A stretch of 63,484 bases of DNA, counting the filler, from Choristocarpus tenellus KU-1152 (lineage: Eukaryota; Protista; Phaeophyceae), in NCBI GenBank assembly GCA_964200185.2. It is 6 parts of 6 records of this genome, joined end to end, with 100 filler letters (N's around TTAATTAATTAA, not from the genome) between each part and the next. Parts side by side here need not be neighbours in the genome. Positions count along the whole stretch, not along the records: positions 1 to 29,013 come from CAXNAD020000115.1; positions 29,114 to 43,690 come from CAXNAD020001159.1; positions 43,791 to 51,188 come from CAXNAD020006218.1; 3 more parts are not named here. One strand, given 5' to 3'. Positions 25,019-51,288 of the stretch are shown in pieces (within the stretch, counting starts at the first letter, position 1; every line of letters starts with the position of its first letter). The notes beneath the pieces were generated by a model. It saw nothing but the letters and a program-made list of their open reading frames with translations, was not told where the DNA came from and ran no database searches. The position numbers were made by a program, and so were the translations under genes.

Positions 25019-28000
25019 ATGAAAAAGAGTTCGAGTGGGAAACAAAAGAAGGAGCAAGACGGTGACTCTGTTATGGAGCAGGATGCCCGCCGTGTATCAG
25101 AGGAGCTGCGACACAAACATATTCGCACCCTGGAAGTCTTGGAAGAACTTATTGACGAGAACAAGGAGCTCAAGAGAAAGTTGATGGTAACAAGAATGTG
25201 TCTGCTATTTACAGGGACAGGAAAAAACACCACTTCGGAGTATAGTTTCGCCCTTTTTGTACGATTTCAACCCTTTGTGTCTTTCCGATGTGTTCAGCAA
25301 TATATATGATTGTACGACATAGTATTCTATATATTCCTGCTGCCAACATGCTTGACCCAAACATCAACTAAAACCAAAAACAGTGACCCCAAGACGAGTC
25401 ACTTTCGCCCTCGACACAGCTGAGCAAGACTAAGACCAACGACACAGCAGAACCCACAGCCCAAGGGGTGGATCAAACTCAGGCTACTAGAAGGAAGCTT
25501 GAAGAGGACCTGAGGGTTGCCACTCAAAAAATTGAAGCTCAGGCAAGCTACAAGACGCGCAGGGTCTCGACTCTGCCTATCACCAAAGAATGTAACTTGG
25601 TCTCGACTTCAACCAAAAGTTCAGAGCTCTAAGTCTAAAATATAACATATGGCCTGGAACTTTATCCTTTACTGTATGACGTCAGTCCTTGGAGATAGAG
25701 CAACACAAAGGGGATCTACTTGCTTTGTCCAGCGCAGCTGAATCTTCCAGTGCAGCGGAGCACGCTCTGAGAATGCAAGTGAGGGAGCTTGAGGCGGAAG
25801 CAGAGTGTACAAGGGGCGAGGATGCTGCCTGCATAAAGCGCCTAAAAGCAGACATGCAGGAGGTAGGATAGCGATACGAGAGGACATTACAACACTTCAC
25901 ATGCAGATAGGCACACACATGGGCTTGAAGAAAAAAGGGACCACGTGATTTGCTGCATACATGGGGTACGTTGGTCTCGGAAAACTTCACCGCACTTAGC
26001 CTCCTGGGAGTCGGCTGTGTAATATGAAATCGCGACGTCTCTTACTAGATCGTTGAGATGAATCACAAGATTAATTAATCAAATTCTTCCTTGTGTACTA
26101 CTTGCTGCTCTGCCCAATATCAGAGAGTCGATAAGGATATGTGATAGGGATATGAACATCAGTTTCTTGTTGGATGCCACCCAAGTGAGCATCAAAATTG
26201 AAAGTGCTCATTGCTGATTACTTTACTTCCATGGAAAGTAAAGCAACACCAACCAAGAAACTACCTTGTATCATTTCCTACGTTTTTTCCATGGAATAAC
26301 AGTGTAGTTGTATTATCGTCTCACCTCTGTCTCTGGCACAAAAGGATCATCAGCCCCCTGTTATCCACAAGTTGACTTGCGCGTTTATAAACCCTTGATT
26401 TCTGAAGCTTCAAAAAAAGGTTTCCTCAGTGGAGAATGAGGCCGAGGATGCCCAGATACAAGCCAACCTAGACATGTCACGCATGGAAGCAGAGATGGAG
26501 AGCATGCGGCAGCAAGCAAGCCAGCAAGCTCTCCAACGGTTGGTGTCAACATGTGTCGTTCAGTGTGGTACTGTCCCATGAGATTGTCTTTCAGTGAGAA
26601 ACCAGGTAGTTCTTTAAAAAAAAATGTTTTGGCAAATGTCAATTATGTTTTACTAGATAATTGCATTAGTGTAACTTTCTGTAGCTGGAATTCACTGGTT
26701 CATCTTATGCACAGGCTCTACAGAATAGCGTTGACAGTATCGATCTACTATGTATGGTCTCGTATATTATTATGTATTCATGCTGAATCGTAGTAGTTAT
26801 TCTACACACTACAATATGAGTATCATGATCTGTTGACAATATGGTCTTGAGGGTTTGGTAAGGAGGTGGGCTCTTCACTAGGCCTTTCTCGAAGAACCAC
26901 TCCACAGCTTAGTCTATTTTTTTCAATCTGTTTCCTTTTGCCCCCAAAACAATTACCACCCCATCCCCTTTTGCAATACAATGTGTTGGTAGGGTTGGAT
27001 CCACCTGGGAGAGGGAGATGAAGAGTGATGACATTGAAAAGTAAGTGAAGCCCTTGCCGTGCAAAACACAACTACAAACACTACACACTAGTGGTTTCTT
27101 GTGTTCAGCGTCAGAGACAACAAATGCAAGAAGAGGGCAAGCTTTGTTTTACCCCTCAATAATTCACCCCACAATGGTTCCGATGCACAATCTGTCTCTA
27201 GTCTGCAGATATAGATGTAGATACAGATATGTGCATGTATGGTGGGCCACCTGATACTTATTGTTAACACTCCAAGGTCCAAAGAAGTATGGCTGTGAGT
27301 CTTTCGCGTGCCAATCAGCACCTGGTATTGGGGTTGAGTTATCTCACACAATGTTAATGCTACAGCTATACACTTGCAGGCAGCGCTCACCTTATGTTGT
27401 TGAAGGCAGGGCATTAACTCAACAAGCTGTGCTACTATTTGGGAAGAGATTCGCAAGTGTCTGTGGGCACGATTCTTTCAAAGTGCTCTGAACACACGCA
27501 CTTATTTTATAGTGCTCCAAGATAGGCGCACTCACTGAGAAGCACAGGCGGAAGACAACATATGTTTGTTGCTCGCAGAATCTAATGTCCAGAGTGAACA
27601 ATTTCCTCCTCGAAATATATGTTGACCACCCACAAACACACACACACACACACGTGAGAAAAGGTAAGAAAATTCATACACTTGAATGGTGGCACCTACT
27701 ATTGCGGATGATAACCAACATCCTGTAGTCCAGCCTCAACAAATTTTACCCATCTACTACGCTAGAAGTGGTACAAAAAAGACACCATAATGTAGCTGGA
27801 CGGTAATCAAGGGGGCGAACGCTACCATACCTGACCCTACTTAGCTTCTCATCCTCCTTGTTTTCCTTCACTTTCCCCTTCTGGCCTACCTTTCACTGTT
27901 CTCCACCCCACAGGATGGTGGCAGAATATCGCGACGATGCAAGGAAAGCAAAGAGGAAAGCCTTCACAAGCATCAAACGGTGTACAGAGCTAGAAACGCT

Positions 28001-28306
28001 GGTGGGCTGTGTTGATGGCACCCTCCCCCTTCTCACATCCGCAAAGCATTCCTTGCACCTTTTTGAGCGAAAGTATCTTAGAGGGTACGGCCGCGTCCGT
28101 TTGGGGGACCAAAATCCATTGTTGCGATTTTGACGTAAATTTGGCTATCGCATTTGTGAGGAAGTATCGATATCCTTGTTCCAGAAACACCTCTTTATAG
28201 TTTTACACATGAAACCTACTCCAAAATGTATATTCTTGTAACTAAATGTTGGGTCTTTACCCTGCTTTTAACACCTTCTCCCTAGCAGCGCAAGTCAATG
28301 ATGTAG
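25019..28306 (+). CDS. coiled-coil protein of unknown function (multi-exon)
   Basis: Exons 25019-25186, 25420-25542, 25686-25862, ~26430-26538, ~27914-28001 and 28286-28306 (internal exons partly uncertain): RTLEVLEELIDENKELKRKLM|LSKTK...RRKLEEDLRVATQKIEAQ|SLEIEQHKGDLLAL...IKRLKADMQE ... KRCTELETL|QRKSMM*. Heptad-rich. Confidence 0.65.
28065..28229 (-). mobile_element. family-A MITE, truncated (one end)
   Basis: gagcgaaagtatcttagagggtacggccgcgtccgtttggggg... then stops near the internal hairpin. Confidence 0.85.
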
Positions 28307-28857
28307 AAGTATAGGCATAACCTGATAGCATCCCACCCCTGTAAACATCCGTCGTCGGGTCTATCCCCCACTCTGTATCGGTGTTTGTCCTTTGCTACAC
28401 AAACCAATGCTGTAGAAGTGGTGGGTTGGCACATATTTGTCTCGGGCAATTCTTCACCATCCACAGGAATTGTGGTCATGTCCTGTGAAAATGTGTATGT
28501 TTTGGTACACCCGTCTTTGCTCTTGGGCTATCCTTTCAACATCTTTAACTGGTTGCAACATCTTCACTGCCTTCATAGAGTGTACTGAGCCAAAGTAAAC
28601 CAGAGGCACTCAGGTTTTGGGTGTTTCGCATCTTAAACCATTTAAAAATATATATTTTGCAAGTCAACCACATTTCTATCAATGAAGTGCTAAGTTTGAC
28701 TTGAGAGCATTGATTTCACTATTGCTTGAAATATTTCAACAGAACTCAGAAAATATCCTCCATGTATTTTTTAAAAAGCCGAATTTTACACATATATGTC
28801 AGCATCAATAAAAAGGAACTCTGAATACCTCGTGTTTACTTTGAATCGCTCTCAAAA

Positions 28858-29013
28858 GGCTCAAAGTATCTCGAGAGGGTGGCGGTTGTCCATTTGGGGT
28901 CAATTTTCATGTCACGATTTTTGGCTGATTTGGTTGCATACGCCGGATGGATAATGCAAATGCACTTTTCCTGATTTTGACTCAAATGGACACCCTGGTG
29001 TATACCCCCCCCC
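28858..29013 (-). mobile_element. family-B poly-G MITE, broken at contig end
   Basis: ggctcaaagtatctcgagagggt...gtccatttggggtcaa is a TIR and subterminal motif related to family A. The copy ends in a C-run at the linker. Confidence 0.85.
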
Positions 29014-29113
29014 NNNNNNNNNNNNNNNNNNNNNNNNNNNNNNNNNNNNNNNNNNNNTTAATTAATTAANNNNNNNNNNNNNNNNNNNNNNNNNNNNNNN
29101 NNNNNNNNNNNNN
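29014..29113. other. artificial contig-joining linker
   Basis: N44-TTAATTAATTAA-N44, with stops in all six frames. Identical at all five joins. Confidence 0.97.
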
Positions 29114-29743
29114 CTAACATGAAACTGCTAGTATATGCCACTCTACTATTGTAGGTGAAAATATGATAGCTAACTCGAGACCTATGTCCTAACTCACTAA
29201 TATCATCTCTAGACATAGCCAACAATTGTCCTCACGGCTGCAAGTTGGCAATGGCCCTAGAGTCCCCCCGACATCGAATCTCTTGTCCTTGATATATCAA
29301 TAGCTGTGTCATCCTCTCTTCATCTTTTTTTATTTTTAATCTCCACTTGAAATATCTTTTAAACCTTCATCCCAATGATTTTTACTTTTTGAACCTGCTA
29401 GCACTCAGAGGGTAGCGTGATTGTCTAGTATTTTTTTTAATGTGGACTGTGAGTCGATGGATGTCCCTCCTCGGGTCTGCAATCCTTGATACTGAAACTG
29501 GATTGTCTTTTTGGATCATGAATTATTTGATTTTTTTTTCTGTTGCCATACATTTTGTAGTTGGGGTACATATTTTTGTTCTTTCTTTTTCATATGTTTT
29601 TGAATCTTGTTTTCCTTACATATTTTTGTATTTCTGCTTCTTGTCATTTTTCTGCAGTCCTTTTGTTATTTTATCTGACCTGGAGTCCGAGAAGGTTGAA
29701 CTGGTATGTGTTTGATGAATATATTGGTTGTTAATAATTACAG

Positions 29744-43690
<13,947 letters not shown>

Positions 43691-43790
43691 NNNNNNNNNN
43701 NNNNNNNNNNNNNNNNNNNNNNNNNNNNNNNNNNTTAATTAATTAANNNNNNNNNNNNNNNNNNNNNNNNNNNNNNNNNNNNNNNNNNNN
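43691..43790. other. artificial contig-joining linker
   Basis: N44-TTAATTAATTAA-N44. It cuts the ABCC exon mid-frame. Confidence 0.97.
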
Positions 43791-45267
43791 CCCCCTCCCC
43801 CCAACCAATCAGCACAAACTCACACAGTAAAAAAAAAGAAGACAAAACACGGCTTTACACTGCCGATCTCAACATATCCGTTTAGCTGTGATCAGAGGAA
43901 CACACCAGTCTTGAATGCCTTGGATTGACAAAAAAAAATGGTGCTCTTAGGGTTAGGGATACAACAAAATTTGGCCATGTCGGACAAATCAAATCAACCA
44001 CGATCTTGGGGCATACAAATCAATCTCCGACAGATATCAAATCAACGGCCGGTCCGGTTATACTAATCTGAGCAATGCATGTTGGGGCACATCACACAAT
44101 CAAATTTCTAGGAGCTAACTCTTTCATTTGAGGATCTCAATTACTTGCACACGTTTTTTCTTCATATTTCCAAAGAGTGGTGTGGGACAAATTCCCCCTC
44201 CCCCCCCCCAAAAAAAACAAAGAAACAAACAAACTGGTGAAATGTTGACAAATCAGGCACAGTGATTTGTATAATTTGTGCTCACAACCACAACAATCAT
44301 TTGTCTGTAACTATCTTATTTGAACGAATCATTCTTGCACACTTCACAGGGTGCGTTTGGTATCAACATATATTTGTACGAGTTCTTAAAACACAGGAAT
44401 GGTGGTATTGAAAAGTGGAATGTGGGTACTCATCACTGATATTCGATTACATGTTTTCAACTTACAAAACTTTGAAGGGTGACCCCAACGTATCGAACCT
44501 GGAGAAAAGACACACCAGAGACATCATGTCACCCAGGACCAGACTCTGGGGGCTTCCACAACGTGCCAGTTTAGAAAGAGAGGAAATATATAGAACAGAA
44601 CAGACAAAAAAAAGAACCAAGAACTGACGGTACATGATTACAGTACTAATGGTAGTATAATAACAGTAGTATCCTAAGATTCGTACAGTTTTCTTAGGGT
44701 TAGGGTTAGGAACAATCATGTTGATAAATACAACAAACTAAAGACTCTTACATGATTTTCTTTCCTATTAACCACAAGGTATAAGCCCTGTGCATCAAGA
44801 GACAGATCATTTATACCTCTTCATAAAAAATGCGAATGATCTAGAAGAGTTGGGACTTGTACGTCTTCACTACTCCTTCAAACCTTCACACACACAAGCA
44901 TCTGTACATATCCTTTGTACACTGAGTTGTGAGGCACAAATGAGATAAATCACAATTGGTTCAAGATTTAAAAATTTGCATACCCGCAGAACAGCGCAGC
45001 AAAGCAAAAAACCCCTGCAAGGCAACTGAACTCCCAACACACAATACAAAGGGGGGGTTTCCACAATTGGCATATGCCAAGAGATGTCAACACAATCAAG
45101 TACCGAATGCAAGAGTACACAATACTAATAATATACTATGGTACTACAGTACTACAATACTATGTTACAGACTCCGGTACAACCAGTACCAAAGTAAAAA
45201 ACAATACTATGGTCCAATGTAAAGTACACCTAGTCCAAGAGTCCAAGATGACAATGTTCATGCGCAC

Positions 45268-48200
45268 CTTTCCCGTCTTTGCCAACCAAACTTTACCAAA
45301 CCCTTCAGCAGCGCCTTTGGGCAAATAAGTATCTGTCGTTCCACTGTCCACAATGGTGCCCTTCCCACTCTGGAACAAGGAGGATGACACGCCAATGCTC
45401 GTGCCACCCACAGTGATGTCCAGGACCTGCAGTCAACAATCAGAAGGGTACTTACCATCAAGTACCCCTAGATTACTTTTACTCATGGGTGTACATCTTC
45501 TAAAACAAAACTCAACCTCAAACAAGGTTTGTACAAGCACTCTCTCCTTTATCTTCTCTCTGGTCACTGTAACTGATCCATCTACTATATACATTCATCA
45601 CGCATCTGTGTGGGGTATGATACATGTTTTGAGGGGGGCATACCTGGGTTGCTACATCAAACAGCATCAACAAAATAATCTCCTATAACTCCCTGATATC
45701 TACTACACCAGTGACCATGAAACACTTGAAAAAGAAAAAATATATATAGCATATCGCAGCATTTCTGTAGATAATCGTGACTGGCACTATGGTCATTCTT
45801 GCTCTGCATGTTAGAAGGGACAGCACCGCTTTGCACTCACTCTGTTGCATATCCTACCCCCTATGTTTCTCATTTAGCCCTTTTTGATGCGGTTATTTAA
45901 CTTTTAGAATGACAAGAAATGAATCAGACAAATGAACATTGCATACACCGGGTACAAAGAAAAACGTGTACACATCTTTCACAAAATAAAATAATTTATA
46001 AGGTAAGAAGTAAGATACACAGTCACATCGTTATTAAATCTCCAAAAAGCGTATACCATTACTCACCACCAAAACAAGACATCTCCCTAACCCTAAGAGT
46101 CAAAAGTAAACAAGGGGTACCGAGACAAAAGGTTCATTGTAAGGTTAGGGTTAGGATGCTGACATACATGTACAAAATTCCACTGTTCTTCACAAAAGTG
46201 TGTAGGGCATTTTCTGAATCTTGCTGGAATTTTTTTTCAAACAATAGAGAAATAAATGCTCTAAAGTCAAACTTAGAGCTTCATCCATAGAAATAAAAAT
46301 ATTGGTGAAATAAAAAAAGATTGAAAGCGGACTCAAAGCGTAAATCTTTTTACAAAACCTGGGTACCTTTTGTTTCCCCTGACTCCAACCATACCTTGAC
46401 GGAAAACCATCCTTTGGCCCTGGTCAGGGGTGTATACTGAACCTCCTTCCCTTCCTTATTGAGGCGATTGTCAGACCCACCTAGTACCATGGTACCACCA
46501 TTGGCTGAGAAGCACAACGAGAAGATCCGTTCCTGATTTTTAAACATCGAAACTAATATTGTTCAACTGTAATTACACATTTCAATGAAATGCATTGATC
46601 CATTAAAATAGTAAAGACTATGAAAGGTTAAAGATAAAAGCAATGGTAACATAAAAAAATATATATGATATCAATTACTGTATTGAGGGGATGGGGCAAC
46701 ACAATAAGAGATTTTTTTTTTCCAACATAACAGCCTGTATCATTGAACTTGATCTGAAAAATAAAATGCATCCCTTGTCAATCAAGCACATGAATCAACA
46801 GCAAACACAATAGTCACTATGTATACCAACATACACCACTCAGTGCTTGAGGCAGGCAGTAAGCACCACAACCAAGCTCAAACTCTTTTTTTTTGTATGC
46901 GGTGACAAGGTACAGTAAGGTTCTTAATTGTACAATCTAGAAAATAAAAAATCGTGTTACAATGACATCAAAAACTAACATCAATATTAGCCTGTAACAC
47001 GTCTAACGTCTTTATTGTCTCCAAAAAAACTACATTAAAACCTACCTCAACAGCTTATCAGGAACGTAAATCCCTCCCAACACAACACACCAAAATCATC
47101 CTAGGGCAACAGGGACAACACCACAGTACAAACTGACACAATTGTACAACTTAGATCATCACCTTGATGAGACCAGACTCCACAAGCTGCCACACAAGAG
47201 TGTTGGAATCAGCACTCATACCCATGATGCCATCAGCCAGTTGTGTCTTGAAAAGTCCTGTCTGCTTCGCGATACAACCAAACAAAAAATCCACTGCGTA
47301 CTTGGACTCCGACTTGCCTCCTTTGGCAACCCTTTCCGATTCCTCCAGGGTCACCTCTCCTACCCAGAGTCTGTCATGCACCTTGAATGGTGTTATGGTT
47401 GAGAGTGTCACACAGGTCACATGTGTGTGTCGTGTGGGGGGTGTATCTGACTGTACAGAGCGTTCTTTCGTTGTGGGAGTGAGAAAGCTCTGACTAAGTG
47501 GATCTGAAGGCAGATCTCCACACACTTGTGTGATTCTGTGGGTTTGATTGAATACCTGACCTTTCAACTCGTCACTGATTGACTTGATTGATCCATTACT
47601 GCATAATGGTTTGACATATGACACGAAGATATTCTTGAGCACTTTTGCGGTGCTGTTGGAGAGAATGGAGTGAGATACAACACCCAACATGCTCCGACCC
47701 ATAGTCAAAGACAATACAAAAATGACAGCTGAAAAAAATATATTTGTATATTTTAGAAATAATTGATTAGGGACCTATCTTGGCATTAATACATTGAAGT
47801 AACTGTAATGCCAATGCCTTCTCAACAACTGTGGGTGACGAAAACGAGTGTGTACGTATCTAAGGATAGGGATAGCGTGTGTATCACAATAAACACAGAT
47901 AGGCCTTTGATTCTTCACATCGAACGAAAAAGATGAAATATATCACAATGAAAATCTGCATTGTAGGCAATCATTCTCCAGCACTAAACTAAACCAACAT
48001 ATTTTCCACACCCATGCTGACTCTGACGGGACATACAAGCTGTCCACTTATACTGCAGAGTGCCTGGACACTTATCATATTCGTCATATTAAACCCCTTT
48101 GGGGGGTATACATCTGTGATAACCGAGTTCTGTTGACCTGTACCTTTAACTTCCTGCACAGCTGTGTTCTCTAAATCATAGCGGCTATTGAATAATCTCC

Positions 48201-49131
48201 ACACATATGATGTAACTGCTCACCCACACCAGAGAAAAATTACTTCAAGTCATGTTGCAATCCAAGTTCATTGTCGCCCAACAAAAGGAAAATTGCAACT
48301 AATCGCCCGGAAGGATGACACGAGCTTTTTTGCGACTGACCTGGAATGCACCCCATGAGCTTCCCTCGCTATACTTCTGGCTGAATGTACAATGATCGAC
48401 TTTGTCGCACCTGCCCAGGTTGCACAGCCATGTCACGTATGGAGGGCATTGGAACCGTTCAAGGATATGCGGAAACACTCTACTTAACCAACACACAGCA
48501 GAGCATATATTTTTCGTCACGCTTCGCCAAACGAGGAAGCGCGATGGCAGAGTTACCTGAACGCCCCGTGACAGCTGTCACACCCAACCACAGTGGAAGT
48601 GCTAGATTTCTTGTGGTCCCAGTAGGCATCTGTGTGGTCACCGCAATTACGACAACCCGCGCACGGAAATGCCGTGTAATGACTTCCTGTGTCGACGATT
48701 ACGGACACCCGCTGAGGGGGCGTTCCAACGTAGACATAAGCGAAATGAGTGCCCCACCCAGGAAATAAGGGAATGTCCTCGAAACTCATGTACAGGGAAC
48801 GCCGTTCCTGGGCATCACGACGAGCAGCCATCGTACTCTCTGTCTCTTCTGCCAGCTGTCCATTGTCCTTTCGATCCCACTTGACTCGCCCCAGATTGAC
48901 TGTGTACAACTTGGTTGGAGTACCATCGTCTAGGCTCGGTCCAAATGATGATATGGAGGTGTTAAATGGAAGGTACTGTGAATCACCAATGGGAAGGGCG
49001 GCCCCATGGTGTTCATTGTACCAAGAGAGAGCAAGACAAGGTGAAAGATTAACTACTAGCGCAGCAGAGAAAATGGTCTCCGTCCATCTTAGAGTCCATA
49101 ACCCCGTCCTTTCCACTCCCTTTCGTGCCAT
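45268..49131 (-). CDS. pepsin-family (A1) aspartic protease, plasmepsin V / Toxoplasma ASP5-like; 3' exons missing
   Basis: Exons 49131-48557, 48410-48341, 47381-47163, 46532-46395 and 45426-45268 splice in frame. N-terminal hydrophobic segment, then YVGTPPQRVSVIVDTGSHYTAFPCAGCRNCGDH (catalytic DTG plus CxxCxxCxxH insert), SQKYSEGSSW, FGCIAKQTGLFKTQLADGIMGMS, FSLCFSANGGTMVLGG and TIVDSGTTDTYLP (second catalytic Asp). Confidence 0.93.
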
Positions 49132-49813
49132 GGACCTTGAATCCTCTCCCTTCCTAGACGTCAACAAGTAACCAGATTTCGCCAGCTGGGGGAGAGGGGG
49201 CAAGAGTGAGGTATATAAAAGAGGTAGTGAACAAGTATAAAAAGAGGAAGCGAAGCAGCATCAACGACCCATTAATGCAACTCCACTTTCTCCTTTTCTT
49301 GGTGTCTTTTTCTCTCAGAAATTTTGACAGAGTTGAGGGTTGAAGAGTTGCCCAAATTCACCACTCTGGGGCACTCCAGAGCCTTATTATTTTTCTATAT
49401 ATTCATATTATAAAATATGTTACAAATAATAAGAAGGAATATGAGGCCTGTTGGTCATACATGATATTGAATTGGCCTTTTCCCTAACATACAGTAAGTA
49501 AACAAACAATAACACAATACAGACTGGTGAAGAGGAATGAAACAGACACAAAACAGAGAAAGGACCAACGCTACAAAAAGTCAAAAATGTGGGGAACATG
49601 TTCCTTTTTTGCGATCTCCCACACAAACACTCTGTGGATATGGCGCGCAGTCATATATATATATCTGTGCGCGCCAACCATGTCGTTGAACTTGCTCATA
49701 TGGACAAATAATCCACAAAACCAAACACACCCATAAGATCAAGATCTAGTCAAGATTCAGAGGACTATCAGAATCAATATCCATCCCGATTCTGACTGTT
49801 CCATTTTCCTGTG

Positions 49814-49955
49814 AACAGCCGATTTCAAAAATTGAGGATGGAGCTTTTCATTGAGGATGGGCTTGACCCAAAATTGACTGGGAAAGTGTCGATATGTTTT
49901 TTTTTGTCTCATCCTCAATGAAAAGCTCCATCCTCAATTTTTGAAATCGGCTGTT
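49814..49955. mobile_element. short foldback/MITE with perfect 46-bp inverted repeats
   Basis: aacagccgatttcaaaaattgaggatggagcttttcattgaggatg (49814-49859) is the exact reverse complement of 49910-49955. Each arm holds two ttgaggatg copies. Confidence 0.85.
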
Positions 49956-50512
49956 TGTTGTAACTTTGCTGAGTCATTCTGTGATGCCTTAGGGTTACCT
50001 ACAGTTTCTGTTCTGTTCTGAATTTCCTCAAATGACGTTGGGATGCTGGGCCAAGATCTGTGAAACTCGGTCTTACCCTATGAGGTGGAAGAGTTCAGTC
50101 TGATTATTGTGATTGCCCCCTTTGCCAGGAGGAGAGCTTTTTGAGTCTTGACACTTCCACAAATACGCTAATAACTATATAAAATCGACCAGAAAAAAGA
50201 ACACTCAAAATTGAGTTAGTGAAGGTGGCGAGTGAGAAATATGCGCAGAATAAATACAATGAATGAATCTGTCAAATATCTCCTACCTACCCCATCGATG
50301 TCCTCAGCTTTTTGATCAAAGCGCAAATTCTTCTCGATATATGGTCACATAACCGATAAATAATTTGCCTCAACCATGATTTTACGGCTCCCTACCTGTT
50401 GAAACACTGCGCCCATCAATCTCCTACCTCATACATCGTTATCTAAACTAGAAAATCCTCTCCCCATCCATGTTGTATGATAGTTGTGGGTTAAAAACCA
50501 TTGTATACATAT

Positions 50513-50955
50513 ATTTATTATTATGCCCTCTGACATTTTGCAGATGTGTCAGGGGGGAAACCAATGAAAACTATATATATGTCGTTGTTAGCCCTACATA
50601 TATATATACACAATATCTTCTCCACCTTCCCTATTTATTATTCATATTCTATTATCCCCTCTAACATATTTGATGAGTCTCATTAAAAAAAAATGTTTCT
50701 CAATTCGAGTTTTTCTGTTGTACCTTTCTTGTCTTTCATAATCCCCTTTCTACTTCTTACTTTCTATACATGACCATTATATATATATTGTATTATTATA
50801 TATATTGTATGTATAATACAGTTATCTCCTGTATGTAACGTTTTGCGCAAGTCTCAAAGAAATCCCAGATTTATTATTACGCCCTCTGACATCTTGNNNN
50901 NNNNNNAGGGGGAAAACAAATGAAAACTATACATATATGTCGATATAAGTCCTAA
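50513..50955. repeat. ~90-bp diverged direct repeat, each copy with a GC-rich hairpin
   Basis: ttattattatgccctctgacattttgcagatgtgtcaggggggaaaccaatgaaaactatatatatgtcg (~50515-50584) is repeated at ~50871-50942. The 10-N gap sits in the second hairpin. Confidence 0.75.
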
Positions 50956-51188
50956 AGAAATAAAATATCATAAATGTGAAAACACTATAAAACACTGTAA
51001 GTAGTGTGAAAACCACTAATCTATCAGTTACTTCACCACTATCAATATTGTACTACAGTCTTCCTGTGCTTCCCATCTACCTACTCCTGCGCCCCGGGGA
51101 GGGGAATAGGGAGGCATCCCAAGAATCCAACAAACCCCTCCGTGCCCAACTCCCTGGTGACTCTAGTTTAAATCGCATGACAAGTCTA

Positions 51189-51288
51189 NNNNNNNNNNNN
51201 NNNNNNNNNNNNNNNNNNNNNNNNNNNNNNNNTTAATTAATTAANNNNNNNNNNNNNNNNNNNNNNNNNNNNNNNNNNNNNNNNNNNN
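51189..51288. other. artificial contig-joining linker
   Basis: N44-TTAATTAATTAA-N44. Confidence 0.97.

Noticed and set aside
50520-50570. Hammerhead ribozyme in the hairpin repeat
   Set aside because: The CUGANGA catalytic core is absent on both strands.
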